From positions 308,692-372,691 of the forward strand of contig NW_015167073.1 of NCBI RefSeq assembly GCF_001447785.1: DNA of 64,000 bases, written 5' to 3'. This DNA is from Gekko japonicus. Taxonomy: Eukaryota. The notes beneath the pieces are model-generated. The model worked only from the letters and a program-made list of their open reading frames with translations. It had not been told where the DNA came from and made no database searches. This document shows positions 60,150 to 64,000 of the stretch, piece after piece; position 1 is the stretch's first letter; each line of letters begins with the position of its first letter. A program made the position numbers and the translations under genes.

Positions 60150-61045
60150 CTAGCACTTACCAACCTGCTCAGCTTCCTGCAATCCGCTCTAAGGTTTTAG
60201 AAGGAAAATATAGAAAGATGCCATATGAAGACAGGTGCTGCCCGCGTGCCTTGGGAGAAGTGGAATCGATGTTCCACATGTTCTTTCACTGTCCTTTCCA
60301 TCAGGTTTATAGGGATAAGCTTATCGCCCCCCTCTTGGATAGACTAGGGCTTGATGAAGAGAGTGCTGATCTAGAGAGGCTTTTGATAGTGGAGAATCAG
60401 CAGTTCTCCAGTAAAGGTAAAGGTTCCCTTGCTCGAAAGCCAGTCGAATCCGACTCTAGGGTTGCGGTGCTCATCTTCGTTTCAAAGCTGAAGAGCCAGT
60501 GCTGTCCAAAGACGTTTCCGTGGTCATGTGGCCGGCATGACTAAACACCAAGGCACACGGAACGCTGTTCCCTTCCCACCGAAGTGGTACCTATTTATCT
60601 ACTTGCAATTTCCTGCTTTCAAACTGCTAGGTTGGCAGGAGCTGGAACTAGAGACGGGAGCTCACTCCGTCATGCGGCACACTCGGGTCTCGAACTGCTG
60701 AACTACCGACCTTCCACAGCCTGCAGTTCAGCATCTTAACCACTTGAGCCACCGCAGCTCCATAGATCTCCAGACAAATAGCAAAAATTCTGCTGGCAAC
60801 TGGTCAGATCTCACAATAAGAAGCAGATCAGGTAGAATCCTCATTTACCTTTGCATGACTCATAAGTCGTTTAGTTTTAAACGTCTTATAATTATCTTGA
60901 TATAATGGACTGTTAAACTTTTCTCCTTTTAACATTTTAATGATGTTAAGGTGATGTGTTTATTTTCAGAGCTGAAAGCTAATTTGCTTGTCTTGAACGA
61001 ATATGTATTATTTTGATCAATGGTCTTTGACCGCAAATAAATATC
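60150..61045 (+). mobile_element. RTE-X-like LINE 3' remnant interrupted by a Sauria SINE
   Basis: VLEGKYRKMPYEDRCCP..GEVESMFHMFFHCP (Cys/His-rich C-terminal motif); AT-rich UTR ending in AATAAA. Confidence 0.55.
60412..60761 (-). mobile_element. Sauria SINE (Squam1), full length
   Basis: Reverse complement of 41670-42021, with the ACCTTT tail. Confidence 0.9.
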
Positions 61046-61417
61046 ATCGAGTCAGCTTTCTGCAGCCTTCTCCACAACCCCCTCCTGTCTCACTGAATGC
61101 CTCTTTTATATGCTTAGCTCCAACCTCAGGCCAAAATTGTCTTCCATCATGATAACCTCACCCAGTTCTCCCAGGTCAGGTCTTCTTGTTCCTCCCATCA
61201 CCCCCGAGGATCCTCGCCAGCTGCTTTCTTCTAACAGACTTCCTGGCTGACAAGTTCCACTGGTTCCAGGGCCCAGGCTAACTCTTTCGGCTCTCTTGCT
61301 GACAAAGGTGGTCCCTACTCGTGAGTTGCAGTGGTGTCCCTTCTGACCCCTTCCTCCCATGTTGGCCTGTTGGGAACCTCCCTGCCATGAGAACCACATC
61401 CTCTGTTGTTTTCCGCT

Positions 61418-61674
61418 GTTGAAGTACTTCTTCACCCAAAGAGTGATTAACACGTGGAATTCACTGCCACAGGAAGTGGTGGCGGCTACAAGCATGGACA
61501 GCTTCAAAAGGGAATTAGATAAGCATATGGAGCAGAGGTCCATCAGTGGCTATTAGCCACAAGGTATAGATAGGGGCTCTGGGGCAAGTGATGCTCTGTC
61601 TTCTTGGTGCTTGGGGGGGGGGTCAACAGTGGGAGGGCTTCTAATGTGTCCTGGCCCCACTGGTGGACCTCCTG
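61418..61674 (+). mobile_element. CR1-type 3' end fragment running into a gap
   Basis: YFFTQRVINTWNSLPQEVV..SFKRELDKHM is a CR1 ORF2 C-terminus. Confidence 0.82.
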
Positions 61675-61806
61675 NNNNNNNNNNNNNNNNNNNNNNNNNN
61701 NNNNNNNNNNNNNNNNNNNNNNNNNNNNNNNNNNNNNNNNNNNNNNNNNNNNNNNNNNNNNNNNNNNNNNNNNNNNNNNNNNNNNNNNNNNNNNNNNNNN
61801 NNNNNN
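61675..61806. other. Assembly gap (N run)
   Basis: 132 N. Confidence 1.
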
Positions 61807-61932
61807 AAAATTTTGTCAAAAATTTGAAAAAAAAAAAAAAGGTGATGATTACTCTTGCTGTTGATTCATCTGGTGTTGCTGCAACTTTTATGGCAGGGTA
61901 CAAAACTGCTCATTCAGAATGCAAACGGAGGA

Positions 61933-62343
61933 GATCAGGGTCCTGCGGGACCTTTTACAGTTCCGCAGGGCCTGCAAGATGGAGCTCTTCCGCCAGGCTT
62001 TTGAGTAGGAGCCGCCGCCGCCACTATTACCACCATCGTGTACTGCAGAGCAGTTCCGCTGGGATGGGCTGATTAGCCACCCAGAACATCTTCAGCCATG
62101 GCATTCCCCCCTTTCTTCTGATCTCACTGTGATATACAATAATGAGTATTTTAATCACCAATGTATCCTGTAAAATATGAATTTTGGTTTTAAGTGGTTA
62201 ATCTGTGTAGTTTTATCACACCTTGGGTGCCTTAATTGTTTTAATCCTGTTGTATTTTATTGCACGGTTGTGCCTATGTAAGCCACCCTGAGTCCGCGCG
62301 CGGGGAGGGCGGGGTATAAATGAAATAAAATAAATAAATAAAT
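61933..62343 (+). mobile_element. L2 LINE 3' fragment
   Basis: Reverse complement of the L2 end at 16080-16150; (AATA)n tail. Confidence 0.8.
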
Positions 62344-62484
62344 AATATTGCTTTGGAGCACACAGGGATTTTGAGTGGTTTTAAAGGGTGAAAAGGGCAC
62401 CTTGAATTGGACCTAGGAACAGGCAAACAAAGTAAAGCTCTTAGAATCTATGCTAGATGTGCAGAGTGGTTAATCCCTAGCTAA

Positions 62485-62878
62485 GGCCAAGCGCCAAAGA
62501 ATAGAGGCTTTGGAACTATGGTGCTGGAGAAGCCTCTTGAGAGTCCCTTGGACTGCAAGGAGATCCAATCAGTCAATCCTAAACGAAATCAACCCTGACT
62601 GTTCCCTGGAAGGCCAGATACTGAAGCCGAAGCTCAGATACTTTGGCCACCAAATGAGAAGGGAGCACTCACTGGAGAAGACCCTGATGCTGGGAAAGAT
62701 TGAAGTCAACAGAAGGGGACAGCAAAGGATGAGATGGTTAGAAAGTGTTACCAATGCAATGAACATGAAGTTGAGCAAACTCTGGAGGACAACGGAAGAC
62801 AGGAGGGCCTGGCATGATGTGGTCCATGGGGTCGCGAAGAGACGGACTTGACTATGCGACTGAACAACAACAACAACA
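62485..62878 (+). mobile_element. BovB 3' end fragment
   Basis: ELWCWRSLLRVPWTARRSNQSIL...VHGVAK plus (CAA)n. Confidence 0.9.
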
Positions 62879-62946
62879 AGGCTGCGCTGATATATTTTAG
62901 ACTAATTAGGGTTTCTGGGTGGTCATCAAGAGCAGCCCCACATATC

Positions 62947-63160
62947 CCTGACCTGGATAGCCCAGGCAAGCCAAGTATCATCAGATCTCGGACGCTAAGC
63001 AGGGCTGACCCTGGCAAGTACTTGGAAGGGAGACCTTCAAGGAATACCAGGGCTGGGATGCAGAGGCAGGCAATATCAAGCCATCTCTCTGAAATGTCCT
63101 TGCCTCCCAGCCCCACTAGGGGTTGCCAGAAGTCAGCCATGACTTCCAGGCATGCAAGCA
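62947..63160 (+). mobile_element. 5S rRNA-derived SINE (other copies at about 39337-39512, 42871-43035, 44781-44990, 57950-58121)
   Basis: CTGACCTGGATAGCCCAGG..AGATCTCGGACGCTAAGCAGGG..GTACTTGGAAGGGAGACC. Confidence 0.75.
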
Positions 63161-64000
63161 CATACATACACACATACATGCACAAAATGCTCAGAAAGAA
63201 AGAAAGAGAGAGAGAGAGGGAGGGAGGGAGGGAGGGAGGGAGGGGCCCCACATAGAGTGACTGGTAAAAGGCCACCCAGTGAGTTGTATGGGTAACTGAA
63301 CCCAGTACTGTTGTTGGGTTCTAGTCCAGCTCACTAACCCCTGTATTGTATTGGCAGCTGGTAAGCTAAATGCTTGAATTTTTATTCTGAGTCTGGCCTT
63401 CCGAACAGCTTGACCCAAACCCCCATTGATACCCTTGTTCTACAGGGAGTCTGTAAGAGGGTCGAGCAGAGGGGTGAGAACATGGTAAAACCCACTAATT
63501 GTCTAGACAGAATTAAGAGCTGTTCCAGACCTAGGTATGCAAATATGGAGGCACTGTAGTCTAAACTGTTATTGTAGCTCATAAAACCACATGATGTCCA
63601 AATCAAGGATCTTTTCACATCTGATCTGGTTTCACCTTGTAATCAAGGTGTCTTTGTAGCTACCATCTCTGTCTTCCCCCAAGGCAGACAGACATGGATT
63701 AGCAAGTAACCACACCATTTATTTACTTTAAATTTCTCATCCCACCTTCTTCCCAGTGTGGATCTGAAGAGACTTACAAAGAAGATGAAACCATAGCACC
63801 TCATAATACATAGAACAGCAAGAAAACAAACTATTTATAAGCAGTGCAAAGTAGCATACACATTTTACCAAAGATCAGCTATCTAATTGACTAGCTAGCT
63901 GTATCGGTTGGCATACATTAACCCTCAAGTGCCTTCAAAAGGAGTTTTAAAAAGTGGTCCTTTGTAAAGTGTTCAAACTTTGTTCCATCTGACGAAAAAA

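Overview
Vertebrate genomic DNA from a squamate reptile; the repeat content (Sauria SINE, BovB, Squam3-type SINE) supports this, and a gecko is my best guess. The window is a chemosensory receptor locus with all genes on the minus strand. It holds one apparently intact 6-exon vomeronasal type-2 receptor gene (V2R; CDS 11434->1474, 870 aa after splicing, all GT-AG junctions in phase) lying about 2.1 kb downstream of a tandem array of four intact, closely related class II olfactory receptor genes (13533-14483, 27928-28872, 40471-41409, 52999-53943). Each OR has a splice acceptor 13-14 nt upstream of its ATG and a candidate distant 5' non-coding exon. Three of the ORs share a paralogous 300-450 bp upstream block with EBF/Olf-1-like and homeodomain-like sites. 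The rest is dense with transposons: BovB, CR1, L2, L1/Tx1, RTE-X and Penelope fragments, several SINE families, hAT and PIF/Harbinger-type MITEs with visible TSDs, two solo LTRs with perfect 5-bp TSDs, and several nested insertions. There are three assembly gaps. No prokaryote-type system (CRISPR etc.) is present. Repeat family names are from recognition only; no database search was run.
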